A DNA stretch of 46,628 nucleotides. It comes from a virus. Its lineage: Duplodnaviria; Caudoviricetes. Below are positions 27,734 through 36,170 of the stretch, piece after piece. Within the stretch, counting starts at the first letter, position 1; each line of letters starts with the position of its first letter. Both the position numbers and the translations under genes were made by a program. The DNA is taken from positions 1 to 46,628 of IMG/VR virus record IMGVR_UViG_3300037784_000062. One strand, given 5' to 3'. The notes below the pieces were generated by a model. The model was not told where the DNA came from and did not search any database. It saw only the letters and a list, made by a program, of their open reading frames with translations.

Positions 27734-28133
27734 CGCTGACCCCCGCCTGTGCAAGAGCAGCCCGAAAAGAGGCGTGCGCCGCCTGACGGGCGCGGGCATA
27801 GGATCTGTCGGTTTCGGCTATCTCAGGCGCACGACCGAGCGCGTTCTTGATCGTGCTCAGATCGAGCTCGAACGCCTTGGACGCGCCCCAGGGCGAAAGC
27901 CTGCCCCAACGCACCGCCATCTCGATCGCCACGAGACGCGCCTTTGACGCCTTGCTGGGTCCGCGCGTGATCTGATCAAAGCATCCGGGATGGATGAGGA
28001 AAGCGTCAGACACGGCATTGAGCGCCAGACTGACAAGACGTTTTTCCGGTGAGACCGGGTCGACATGAAACGGCGCGATTGCCATAGCCGGGATTTCCCG
28101 GCTATTATCCCGGTTGTCGGCAGGGTTTGCCAT
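27726..28133 (-). CDS. DnaA C-terminal (domain IV)-like HTH protein, in the cro position
   Basis: AVSDAFLI...TRG...KARLVAIEMA...LS...KAFELDLSTIKNA matches the Bac_DnaA_C pattern; start uncertain (28172, 28133 or 28085). Confidence 0.62.
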   Translation of the reverse strand: MANPADNRDNSREIPAMAIAPFHVDPVSPEKRLVSLALNAVSDAFLIHPGCFDQITRGPSKASKARLVAIEMAVRWGRLSPWGASKAFELDLSTIKNALGRAPEIAETDRSYARARQAAHASFRAALAQAGVSDG

Positions 28134-28272
28134 GTCTCTCACCGCTCCATCGGGCGAATCAGTGGGGTTCATGGGAAAATCCTGCCTTGGTTAACCGGGA
28201 ATACAAGGGCTTTATCCCGGTATCCCGGTTAATGGCAGGTTAATTCAGGGGAGTATCGCGGTTTTGTCCCGG
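28084..28272. promoter_or_regulatory. Lysis/lysogeny switch with a CCGGGAW operator array
   Basis: Perfect IR ATAGCCGGGA-TT-TCCCGGCTAT (28084-28105), TTAACCGGGA...TCCCGGTTAA (28191-28232) and further TATCCCGG copies between divergent genes. Confidence 0.75.
28229..28243. promoter_or_regulatory. CtrA-binding box TTAA-N7-TTAA
   Basis: TTAATGGCAGGTTAA; the minus strand reads TTAACCTGCCATTAAC, the full TTAA-N7-TTAAC consensus. Confidence 0.65.
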
Positions 28273-28296
28273 CTCAAACGTGCGCACCTTCGGGTC

Positions 28297-28722
28297 ATGA
28301 GCACGAATGAAACACCCTCCGGACAGGTCCGGATCGACCGCATACAAAAGCGGTTAGAGGTGCTGGGCTATTCCGCCGAGCGCGCCTCGAAACTCGCCGG
28401 CCTGAACCCGTCCTTTATCCGGGACATTGAGCGCGGAAAAACCCGGGCGCCGCGCAGCACCTCGGTCTTCGCCCTTGCTGAAACGCTCGAAGTGGATCCC
28501 GCCTATCTCTATGGCGAGCAGGACGTTCCGCGCACGAAAAGCCCTGCCCCTGCTGGCTCAAATCAGGGTCTTGTCACACTTGAATATGATGAGCTTGAGC
28601 TTCTGGGACTCTACCGCGCCGCCAAAGAAGCGGGTGAAGCCGAGCGGATCCTGATGATTGCCCGCACCCTGGTGCAATCAAGCGCCAGCGCCGTTGACGC
28701 ACGCGGGCGCAAGATCGGCTAA
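28297..28722 (+). CDS. CI-like XRE repressor lacking an S24 peptidase domain
   Basis: HTH_3-like SAERASKLAGLNPSFIRDIERGK...LAETLEVDPAYL; divergent from the lytic operon; no obvious RBS before ATG 28297. Confidence 0.78.
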   Translation: MSTNETPSGQVRIDRIQKRLEVLGYSAERASKLAGLNPSFIRDIERGKTRAPRSTSVFALAETLEVDPAYLYGEQDVPRTKSPAPAGSNQGLVTLEYDELELLGLYRAAKEAGEAERILMIARTLVQSSASAVDARGRKIG

Positions 28723-29360
28723 AGAGCCGGCGTCAATAAAATCGCATTCCACAGGAAGAAGGCAAAAGTTAATATTATAGGCCCCACCCCAAGTACTACG
28801 TAGGCGAACCCATGCACAATTACGTTAATTGCATGGCCAGATCGCCATAGCACTATCTTATAATTCTTGTATTTACCCGCCTCTTTGACGCCTTGTGCGA
28901 AAAGACTAAAAGCTCCAAAAGCGGCATCCTTTGAAAGAATATATATTAGGTAGCACCAGATTATCGGAGCTTTAAAGACTAATTCTGCCCACCTTTTTAT
29001 ATTAAGATACTCTCCACTTGCGATCACGATTCTCGCAACACCTGCTGCAAACAAGCTCCAGATCAGCAGAACGTCGAATACCCAGGCCGGGATCGACCAT
29101 CCTAGCCAAGGCTGCATCCAAAGATCGAACAACGGCCTGCGGATCACTTCAGTGATGAACCACCGATAGTATTGGATTATTTCGGCTGGTAGGTCTGCCA
29201 AGCCGACATCAAACGCGCGTACCGTGAGTGAAATCAATGAGGCTGCGCCCAGGATAACTCCGAACACACCCCACACAGTCACCTTCAACTTATTCACTGT
29301 AATTGCCTGCGTTCGAAAGCACTGAGCGAATAAGCATATTAGCCCACGGAAAAGACGCAC
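28719..29360 (-). CDS. Moron: AT-rich polytopic membrane protein (exclusion/Abi candidate)
   Basis: Several hydrophobic segments and low GC; convergent on the repressor with overlapping stop codons; start uncertain. Confidence 0.65.
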   Translation of the reverse strand: MRLFRGLICLFAQCFRTQAITVNKLKVTVWGVFGVILGAASLISLTVRAFDVGLADLPAEIIQYYRWFITEVIRRPLFDLWMQPWLGWSIPAWVFDVLLIWSLFAAGVARIVIASGEYLNIKRWAELVFKAPIIWCYLIYILSKDAAFGAFSLFAQGVKEAGKYKNYKIVLWRSGHAINVIVHGFAYVVLGVGPIILTFAFFLWNAILLTPAL

Positions 29361-29495
29361 GTTTTTTCATATTCACAATGCGGTCGACCTGAAATTTACC
29401 ACGTTAAGTCATTGTTTGGACTCCGCTTTTTCTTGTTTTGCGCGCCTTCTCCCTATCTAATACCCGTGCTCGGGGATTTAGGACAGAGAGACGCA

Positions 29496-29735
29496 ATGAA
29501 ACAAGCCACTAGATCAAACCCGGACTTGCGCGTCCTTGATGGGACAAGGGATGCGAGGCCCACTGTTCTGATTTGTCACAATGCGCCGGCAGGCGGGCTC
29601 GAGATCCAGCTCATACCGCCTGACGGGCAGCCGCTGCGAGAGATCCGGCTTGATCGGAAACACGCCGCGCAGCTCCGAATGCTGTTGCGCCATTACGAGA
29701 TTGAGGGGGAAACCCGGCAGACTGCGAGAAAATAA
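29496..29735 (+). CDS. Hypothetical protein
   Basis: ATG at 29496 after GAGAG; reads MKQATRSNPDLRVLDG. Confidence 0.55.
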   Translation: MKQATRSNPDLRVLDGTRDARPTVLICHNAPAGGLEIQLIPPDGQPLREIRLDRKHAAQLRMLLRHYEIEGETRQTARK

Positions 29736-29843
29736 TCCGGGATTGGCCGGGATTATAGTTTACATATCCCGGTTTCCCGGTTATCGGTAGGTCAATCCCG
29801 GCGCACGGAGTGCGCTGACCCATCACGATAACCGGGAACCGGA
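29732..29843. promoter_or_regulatory. Second CCGGGAW operator array (pL-like promoter)
   Basis: About six copies (TCCGGGATT, GCCGGGATT, TATCCCGG, TTCCCGG, AATCCCGG, ACCGGGAA) upstream of the ParB-like gene. Confidence 0.75.
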
Positions 29844-29844
29844 C

Positions 29845-31986
29845 ATGACTGAGACCCCTGATATCAGACTGGGCGATGCTGATCTCGCCTGCGCTTACCT
29901 GACCGCCTGCGAGAACGGGATCGAGTTTGACGCCCTCGCCTACGCCAAACGGAACGGCCGACGCGCTGACTCTGTCAGACGCAGCCTCAAGCGTCTTGAC
30001 GAGGACGGCCTTATCCGACGCGACGCCGCGATCGAGGATCGTGTTTCAAAGGCGCTGATCACCCATCTGAGCCGCGCGCATGAAGACGCCCTCGCCCTCG
30101 CCCGCGCCGCCTTCAAGGATGAGATCGGAGGGCAAGCCCATGGCGGCGGCGCGCTCGAGCCGGTCCTGCTCTCGCGCCTGCATGAAAGCGATCTGAACCC
30201 GCGCAAGCATTTTGACCCCGAGGCGATAAAGCAACTCGCCCTCGACATTCTCGACAATGGCCTGTTGCAGAACCCGGTTGGCCGGCCGCATCCGGGCTTG
30301 GGCAAGGGGCATATCGAACTCGCCGCCGGTGCGTCCCGCCTGCGCGCGATGCTCTACCTCGCCGAGCACAACCTCTCGAGCCCCAAATTCGATCCGGCCC
30401 GCCCTGTCAGCGTACTTGTCCGGCCCATGACCGACGCCGACATGCTGCTCATCGGGATCGCCGAGAACCGTCAGCGCACCAATGTTCATCCCCTTGAGGA
30501 GGGCGAGGCCTTCTTGCGCCTGCAGCAATTGCGCAAGACCGAGCATGGCGAGGATCCACAGGCCGAGCGGCTCGCCGGCAAGGTGACGGACGAACTCGCC
30601 GACGCCATGGGCAAATCACGCCGCTGGGTCCAGGAGCGCACCAAGCTCGCCCGCGATCTCGCCCCGGCGGTGCGTGACGCCTTCCGGCAAGGCCGGATCT
30701 CCATTGTGCAGGCCCGCGCCTTCGCCAGCCATCCCGATCTGGCGCGTCAGGAAAGCGTGCTCGCCAACATCCTCACATGGGGCGCAGAAAGGTATGGCGA
30801 GAAAGCCATCCTGCGCGAGCTCCTCGCCGATGGCTGGGTCTATCATGCCGAGGCGAACGGCATCCTGTTCGACCTTGACCAGTATCAAGGCGGCAAGATC
30901 GAGCTCGACGCCGAGGAGGCGCAAGCGGCCGGCTATGGCGATGAGCCCGTGATCATTCTTGAAGATGCAGCGCAGGCGAAGGCGCTGCAGCGCAAGGCGC
31001 TCGACGCCAAGGCCGAGGCCCTCAAGGCGGTTCGGGCCTTTGTGGTGACAACGGATGAGGCATTTACAGCCTATCAGCATGACCCCGCACCCGAGGACAT
31101 GCCCGACGCCGAGACCGGCGCCGTGCTGGTGTTCAACGCCTATTCAGGCGCGGTCACCTTGCATGATCGCCGGTTGAAACTCAAACCCGCCAAGTCTGAA
31201 ACGGCGAAAGCCGAGACAAAAGACGCCATCCGCCAATCGGCCGAGGCGGAAGGCCTGAAATCCGCGCCGGAGCCCTATCAGCGCCGCCACTGGCTGGACT
31301 CCAAACGGGTCAAGTCAGGCGCCCTGAGACAGGCCGTCGCCGGCAATTCCGCCGTCGCCATGACGCTCGCACTCCTGGGCAGTCTGACATGGTTTGGCGG
31401 CGAGCAACGCTCGATCACCCTGCATCCTGTCCCCTTGCGAGGCGAGGATCACGCCATAGGCAAGGGCCGTGCGCTATTCGATGCGTTGCGCAAACTCTCC
31501 GACAAAGGCGAGGCGATCAGCGGGCTTGAGGCCAAGGAAACCAAGGAGGGCTGCACCGATGTGATTGTGACCAGCGCCGGCCGCGCCTTCGCCAGCCTGA
31601 TCGCGAGCAAGGATCTCCCCCGTCTGTTCGCCGCCGCGATCGCGGACCAGGTCGGAAGCTGGGCCGGGACCTATGGCGATGACCCGAGCTCGGGCGACAG
31701 CCCCCTTGTCCTCGCCATCGTCAATCATCTGGGCGAGGACGCAGTCGCGGACGCCCTGCCCGAACCGGGGCTTGAGTATTTCGAGCGCTTCAATCGCGGA
31801 TCCCTCACCCGCATCGCGCAGGCGATGGGCAAAGACCCCGCCGACATGCCCGACAAGGCCAAGGAGGCGGCCGGCTGGCTGCATTTGCGCGCCGAGGGCT
31901 ACCAGCCCCCCGAATGGCGCTTCGCCAGCCGTGAAGCCCTCACAGAAGCCGCTGACGCGCTGATGAGCGGCAAGAGCGCCGACTAG
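29845..31986 (+). CDS. ParB/RepB/Spo0J-family protein with an N-terminal wHTH
   Basis: NPRKHF, GLLQNP, AGASRLRA, AENRQR and a downstream HTH (MGKSRRWVQER); no parA in the genome. Confidence 0.88.
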   Translation: MTETPDIRLGDADLACAYLTACENGIEFDALAYAKRNGRRADSVRRSLKRLDEDGLIRRDAAIEDRVSKALITHLSRAHEDALALARAAFKDEIGGQAHGGGALEPVLLSRLHESDLNPRKHFDPEAIKQLALDILDNGLLQNPVGRPHPGLGKGHIELAAGASRLRAMLYLAEHNLSSPKFDPARPVSVLVRPMTDADMLLIGIAENRQRTNVHPLEEGEAFLRLQQLRKTEHGEDPQAERLAGKVTDELADAMGKSRRWVQERTKLARDLAPAVRDAFRQGRISIVQARAFASHPDLARQESVLANILTWGAERYGEKAILRELLADGWVYHAEANGILFDLDQYQGGKIELDAEEAQAAGYGDEPVIILEDAAQAKALQRKALDAKAEALKAVRAFVVTTDEAFTAYQHDPAPEDMPDAETGAVLVFNAYSGAVTLHDRRLKLKPAKSETAKAETKDAIRQSAEAEGLKSAPEPYQRRHWLDSKRVKSGALRQAVAGNSAVAMTLALLGSLTWFGGEQRSITLHPVPLRGEDHAIGKGRALFDALRKLSDKGEAISGLEAKETKEGCTDVIVTSAGRAFASLIASKDLPRLFAAAIADQVGSWAGTYGDDPSSGDSPLVLAIVNHLGEDAVADALPEPGLEYFERFNRGSLTRIAQAMGKDPADMPDKAKEAAGWLHLRAEGYQPPEWRFASREALTEAADALMSGKSAD

Positions 31987-32091
31987 CCCCCTTCGCCGGC
32001 GCACCGCCCCCTCGCCGCCGGCGATCGCCGGGGCGCGCTCACCCCTCACACCGCGCGCCCCGGCACCCCCTTTCAAACCCAAGGAGCTGAC

Positions 32092-32736
32092 ATGACAACC
32101 AATCAAGCCCCTGTTTTTCGATGCCCGGTCGATGCAATGGACGAGATCATTCCGAGCCTCACCCTCGCCCAATGGGCGCAAGGCGGCTCTGAATCCGAAC
32201 ACTGCGAGGCGTGCGGCAATACACAGTTCAGAACCTATGAACCCGGCGAGATCGTCCGCTTTCAGGCAAGCCAGACTCTCGCCGTCATCACCTACACCTA
32301 TGGCGAAAACGGCATGGAAGGCCCCGAGCCGCCCGCTGGCGTGACGCGCTTTGTCGCTGAAAACGACTTTGAAAACCAGCAAGAGACCCTTGAGGCGTTT
32401 CATCGCGAACGGGGCGAATACGGGATCGAGCTCGGCGACACGATCACCCTCGAATGCATCGCCGACTGGACGGAGTATTGGCGCTGCGAAGGCGAGTATG
32501 GACGCCCGAAAACCTACACTTTCGTTCCGTCCTCAATGGCGGAGTATGTCGCAAAACTCGACAAGGCTCTGGATGATCTGACGATCACAGAAGCCGGTTT
32601 GGATATATCGACCAAACGCCTTCTTGCGCGGTCCCAAGCGCCGATTTCCCGACAGACACTCCAGGCCCTGCTTTGGGAAGTCAAAACCCTGCTGCAAGCC
32701 AACCCCAACTACGCAGCGGGAGGGCAGACGCGATGA
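32092..32736 (+). CDS. Hypothetical protein (CxxC)
   Basis: AAGGAG RBS; ATGA coupling to the next gene. Confidence 0.7.
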   Translation: MTTNQAPVFRCPVDAMDEIIPSLTLAQWAQGGSESEHCEACGNTQFRTYEPGEIVRFQASQTLAVITYTYGENGMEGPEPPAGVTRFVAENDFENQQETLEAFHRERGEYGIELGDTITLECIADWTEYWRCEGEYGRPKTYTFVPSSMAEYVAKLDKALDDLTITEAGLDISTKRLLARSQAPISRQTLQALLWEVKTLLQANPNYAAGGQTR

Positions 32737-33368
32737 ACGCCAACGACCCCCAGCGCACGGCGTGCGCCGAGGACGCACCGACCGAGGACGGTCTGGTGCG
32801 CGAGGCGCAAAAGCTGGTCGACTTTCTCGAGCCGAAACTCCCCACCCAGGGCGCCCTGCCCAGCCCGGACATGATCATTCTCACCACGCTGCTCCGGAAC
32901 ATGCAGAGCGCGATCGCCGCACATCAGGGCCTGATCGCGGACGCGCTCAAGCCGGGCGAGTGGAAATGGTGTCATAGCCCCTATGAGGAGGGCACGTTTT
33001 CAGGGACTGATTTTCAGAGCCGTGAAGCCGCACTCGCGGACGCCCACACTTATTTCGACGCGGATGAGGACTTCTACATTCAGGAGTATCTCCAGCGCCC
33101 GATCCGGATCGCCGACGCCATGGATGCCGAGCTCATCCTCGAGAAAGCGCTCGAGGGCGAACTCGGCTCTGCCCTGCTCGACTATGCCGGCGATCCCGAG
33201 GATGGCGAGATCAACTTCCCCGTCACAGAAGACCAGAGGCGCGATCTCGAGCGACGTCTCAAGGCGGCGTGTGACGTCTGGCAGGCCGTGAACGCCATCA
33301 CGCCGCCCGCCTATTGCTGCGAAATCCGCAATCAAGTGCGCTACGGCGCAAATCCAGAGGAGGCCTAG
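32733..33368 (+). CDS. Hypothetical protein
   Basis: Start MNANDPQ overlaps the upstream stop. Confidence 0.7.
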   Translation: MNANDPQRTACAEDAPTEDGLVREAQKLVDFLEPKLPTQGALPSPDMIILTTLLRNMQSAIAAHQGLIADALKPGEWKWCHSPYEEGTFSGTDFQSREAALADAHTYFDADEDFYIQEYLQRPIRIADAMDAELILEKALEGELGSALLDYAGDPEDGEINFPVTEDQRRDLERRLKAACDVWQAVNAITPPAYCCEIRNQVRYGANPEEA

Positions 33369-33370
33369 AC

Positions 33371-33784
33371 ATGGCGCTCGATTTCACCCCGACCCTTCTC
33401 GATGAAACCCTTGTGAACGAGCATGTGGGCAAGCGCATTCGCCGCCGGCGGCGTTTGCTGGGCCTCACCCAGACCCAGCTCGCCAGCGCGGTGGAAATCC
33501 GTTTCCAGCAGATCCAGAAATACGAGAGCGGCGCGAACAAGGTTTCAGCCCCGCGCCTCTATTCGATCGCACAGGCGCTCGATGTCAGCCCGGCCTATTT
33601 CTATGAAGGCCTCGAGGGCGATCAGGCCAAGGCGACCAACCCGGCCGCGCAGGCCACGCTCGACCCGGCCGAGGATCGCCAGGCGGCGCGCATGCTGATC
33701 GCCCTGGCGAAGGTCAATCCGATCCTGCGCGAGCGCCTCATCGCGCTTGCAGAAGCCGCCAGCGGAGATGAGGGCGAACAATGA
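33371..33784 (+). CDS. XRE regulator of the PraR/PhrR/RtrA-like alphaproteobacterial group
   Basis: HVGKRIRRRR...FQQIQKYESGANKVSAPRL...YFYEGL signature. Confidence 0.88.
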   Translation: MALDFTPTLLDETLVNEHVGKRIRRRRRLLGLTQTQLASAVEIRFQQIQKYESGANKVSAPRLYSIAQALDVSPAYFYEGLEGDQAKATNPAAQATLDPAEDRQAARMLIALAKVNPILRERLIALAEAASGDEGEQ

Positions 33785-33987
33785 TGGACTTTGCCAGCAA
33801 GGACGGTGCGATAAGGCTGCGCGATCACCTCAAGGCCTATTGGCGTGAGCGCGGCTATGAGATCACGGTCGAAGTGATCGAGATGGGTTTCACCCCGACC
33901 ATGCGCTCTGTCCGGTATGACGTGCGCACGAATCTGGTGAACGGGCGCCCGCCGGCCTCGGCGCGGATCCGGAAGGAGGCGGCATGA
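33781..33987 (+). CDS. Small hypothetical protein
   Basis: ATGA-coupled; YWRERGY...MRSVRYDVRTNLVNG. Confidence 0.72.
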   Translation: MMDFASKDGAIRLRDHLKAYWRERGYEITVEVIEMGFTPTMRSVRYDVRTNLVNGRPPASARIRKEAA

Positions 33988-34229
33988 CCGCCCCCTCACC
34001 CCAGACGAACGAGGCCGAGCCACTGGACGCGGCCGGCGATCCGATCCTGAAGGGCGCGGCCGCGATCGCGCGCTATCTCAGCCCCGCGCCCGAGATTGGC
34101 CCGCCCATGAGCGAGAAACAGATCTATCGCATGATCGAGAAAGGGGCGCCGTTTCGCAATATCCCCGGTCTCGGCGTGGCGGTGCGGATCTCCACACTCA
34201 AACGCTATCTTGATGACAAGGGCGCGTAG
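33984..34229 (+). CDS. xis: Excisionase / recombination directionality factor
   Basis: ILKGAAAIARYL...QIYRM wHTH directly upstream of the integrase. Confidence 0.65.
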   Translation: MTAPSPQTNEAEPLDAAGDPILKGAAAIARYLSPAPEIGPPMSEKQIYRMIEKGAPFRNIPGLGVAVRISTLKRYLDDKGA

Positions 34230-34268
34230 CGGCTTGACCGCGCGCGCCATCACCCCCGTGATATAACG

Positions 34269-35510
34269 ATGGCTTCAGTACGCAAAAAAGAGGGACGCCC
34301 CCGCAAGGACGGGACACTTCCGATCTATTGGGTCGTGAGCTGGGTTGATCTTGACGGCAAACAGCGCACCCGGAACTGCAAGACCCAGAAGGAGGCCAAG
34401 GCGCTCGCCGCCGAGAAGACCCTCACCCCGGGCCAGAACCACGAAACCCAGGTCAGGGACGTGGCCAACGCCTTTCTTGCCCACTTCCTGCAGCTCTGGC
34501 ACAGCAAGGAACGCTCGCGATCAACCTATGAACAAAAGCGTCAGCATCTTGAAATCCATCTGCTGGCCGATCCCATCGCCCGCGAACGGATCAGTGAGCT
34601 CGACGCCCCCAAGCTGCAGCGTTTTTTTGACAGGCTGATCGAGCAAGGCGTGAGCTATGCGCTCGCCCGCAAGATCGCGGCGACGGTCAAACAGATGATC
34701 CAGTGGGGCGCGCTGCGCGGAACCCCGGCCCGCGACGGCGCGCTCGCCGCCCATGTCACCGCGCCGCGCTCCAAGCGCCTCGCCAAACCGGCCGAGATCC
34801 CGCCCAGAGACAAATGCAAAAGCATTCTGGATGCGGCTGACCAACGCGCCGTCCAAGATCGCGGGCGCGCTCGAGCCGCCGTGCGCGTCCTGATGTTGAA
34901 CGGACTGCGACCGGGCGAGCTTCGCGCGCTCGACTGGGCCGACTTCATCCTTGCGGGCGCGCACCCGCGTGTCACCATTCGCAGATCGGCGGATAAATGG
35001 AACACCATTGCAGCCCTGCCCAAGACAGACACGTCTGTGCGAACGCTTGCGCTGAGCCCGGACACGGTTATGGCGCTCAAGGCTTGGAAACTCGCATGCC
35101 CCCCGACTCATCCCGATACGGCGGCCCGTCTGAAAGCGGCCGGCGGATCCGGCGCACTGGCCTTCCCCAACGCCATGGGCAAGGTCTGGCCCAATGAAGC
35201 GATCACCCGGAATATGTGGACGCCCCTCCTGCGTGCGGTCGGGCTGGCGTCCGGCCAACCCTCGAAAACCCGCAAGCACCACCCCAATGGCGATTATCGG
35301 GAAATGATCTGGACGCCGCATTATTCGCTCAAACAGGCGCGACACGTTGCAGCCTCGGTCGCGATCGCCAACGGCGCCCAACCCAAAAAGGTCCAGAGCA
35401 TGATGGGCCATTCCACGATCAAGCTGACCATGGACCTCTATTCGCATCTGTGGCCCGATGACGAGGAGGATGCGCGAATGGCGGCCGCCGCCGATCGCGC
35501 GTTCGATTGA
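34269..35510 (+). CDS. int: Tyrosine integrase
   Basis: GLRPGELRAL, PKT, KQARH and MGHSTIKLTMDLYSH catalytic motifs. Confidence 0.95.
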   Translation: MASVRKKEGRPRKDGTLPIYWVVSWVDLDGKQRTRNCKTQKEAKALAAEKTLTPGQNHETQVRDVANAFLAHFLQLWHSKERSRSTYEQKRQHLEIHLLADPIARERISELDAPKLQRFFDRLIEQGVSYALARKIAATVKQMIQWGALRGTPARDGALAAHVTAPRSKRLAKPAEIPPRDKCKSILDAADQRAVQDRGRARAAVRVLMLNGLRPGELRALDWADFILAGAHPRVTIRRSADKWNTIAALPKTDTSVRTLALSPDTVMALKAWKLACPPTHPDTAARLKAAGGSGALAFPNAMGKVWPNEAITRNMWTPLLRAVGLASGQPSKTRKHHPNGDYREMIWTPHYSLKQARHVAASVAIANGAQPKKVQSMMGHSTIKLTMDLYSHLWPDDEEDARMAAAADRAFD

Positions 35511-35516
35511 CTGCAG

Positions 35517-35547
35517 AAAAAGCCCCGGGTCAGACGCCCGGGGCTTT
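35517..35547. terminator. Bidirectional-type intrinsic terminator after int
   Basis: AAAGCCCCGGG-TCAGACG-CCCGGGGCTTT. Confidence 0.75.
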
Positions 35548-35600
35548 GTCTTTAGCAACGCGCCCCACCCAGGAACGAAGGATGAAAGCGGCAAAGCTGA

Positions 35601-35640
35601 TGCGCCGTTTTGCGCCGTATGTGCCGTATTTGCGCCATAT
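35601..35640. repeat. Putative integrase arm-type sites
   Basis: TGCGCCGTTT TGCGCCGTAT GTGCCGTATT TGCGCCATAT; a related TTTGCACCGT lies at 35871 on the other side of the core. Confidence 0.6.
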
Positions 35641-35656
35641 GGACTGAGCGGCACTT

Positions 35657-35725
35657 CCGGGAATAGGCGGGAATAGCCGGGATTTCAGCTCGAATAGCGC
35701 GACATTCCCGGCGCAAAACCCGGCC
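35657..35725. promoter_or_regulatory. Third CCGGGAW array, inside attP
   Basis: CCGGGAATAG GCGGGAATAG CCGGGATTTC with 10-bp period, plus ATTCCCGG. Confidence 0.65.
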
Positions 35726-35777
35726 ACGAAACCAGCGCGATTACACCAAGCACTTTGATTTTAAAGGGAAAGAAGGA

Positions 35778-35821
35778 TGGTGCCCGGGGGCGGATTCGAA
35801 CCACCGACACGCGGATTTTCA
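35778..35821 (-). other. attP core: 3' half of tRNA-Phe(GAA)
   Basis: TGAAAATCCGCGTGTCGGTGGTTCGAATCCGCCCCCGGGCACCA (anticodon GAA, T-arm, CCA); no 5' half; 270 bp downstream of int. Confidence 0.88.
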
Positions 35822-35951
35822 AAAGCCGCCACGGCCTGCATGCTCAACACCTTAAGACCGGGATGACGTATTTGCACCGTCTGGGACTTTCCCGCATTTG
35901 CCGGTTCGGGCTTCGCCCTTACATTGCGGCAAACAGAGCGGAGATTCGCAC

Positions 35952-36161
35952 ATGGCTGCTTTTGCACACTTTTTAGCCTTCCTCATCGGCATCGGCGGCG
36001 GGGCATTGTTTCTTTATGTCGGCTTTCAAGGCGGCTTGGCGTCCGACATCCAAATCGGTTTTGGCGGACTGATGCTGGTTGCCGGGCTGATGGCGCTAGG
36101 ATTCGGAGTCGAGGCAGCCGACCGGGCGCGCAAGGATGCGTCAGGCGAGGCGCAGGGCTAG
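35952..36161 (+). CDS. Small two-TM membrane protein
   Basis: GGAG RBS; two hydrophobic segments. Confidence 0.65.
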   Translation: MAAFAHFLAFLIGIGGGALFLYVGFQGGLASDIQIGFGGLMLVAGLMALGFGVEAADRARKDASGEAQG

Positions 36162-36170
36162 GCGCAGCGC

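Noticed and set aside
35778-35860. Complete tRNA-Phe gene
   Set aside because: The 5' acceptor strand and D-arm are absent; only the 3' half (att core) is present.
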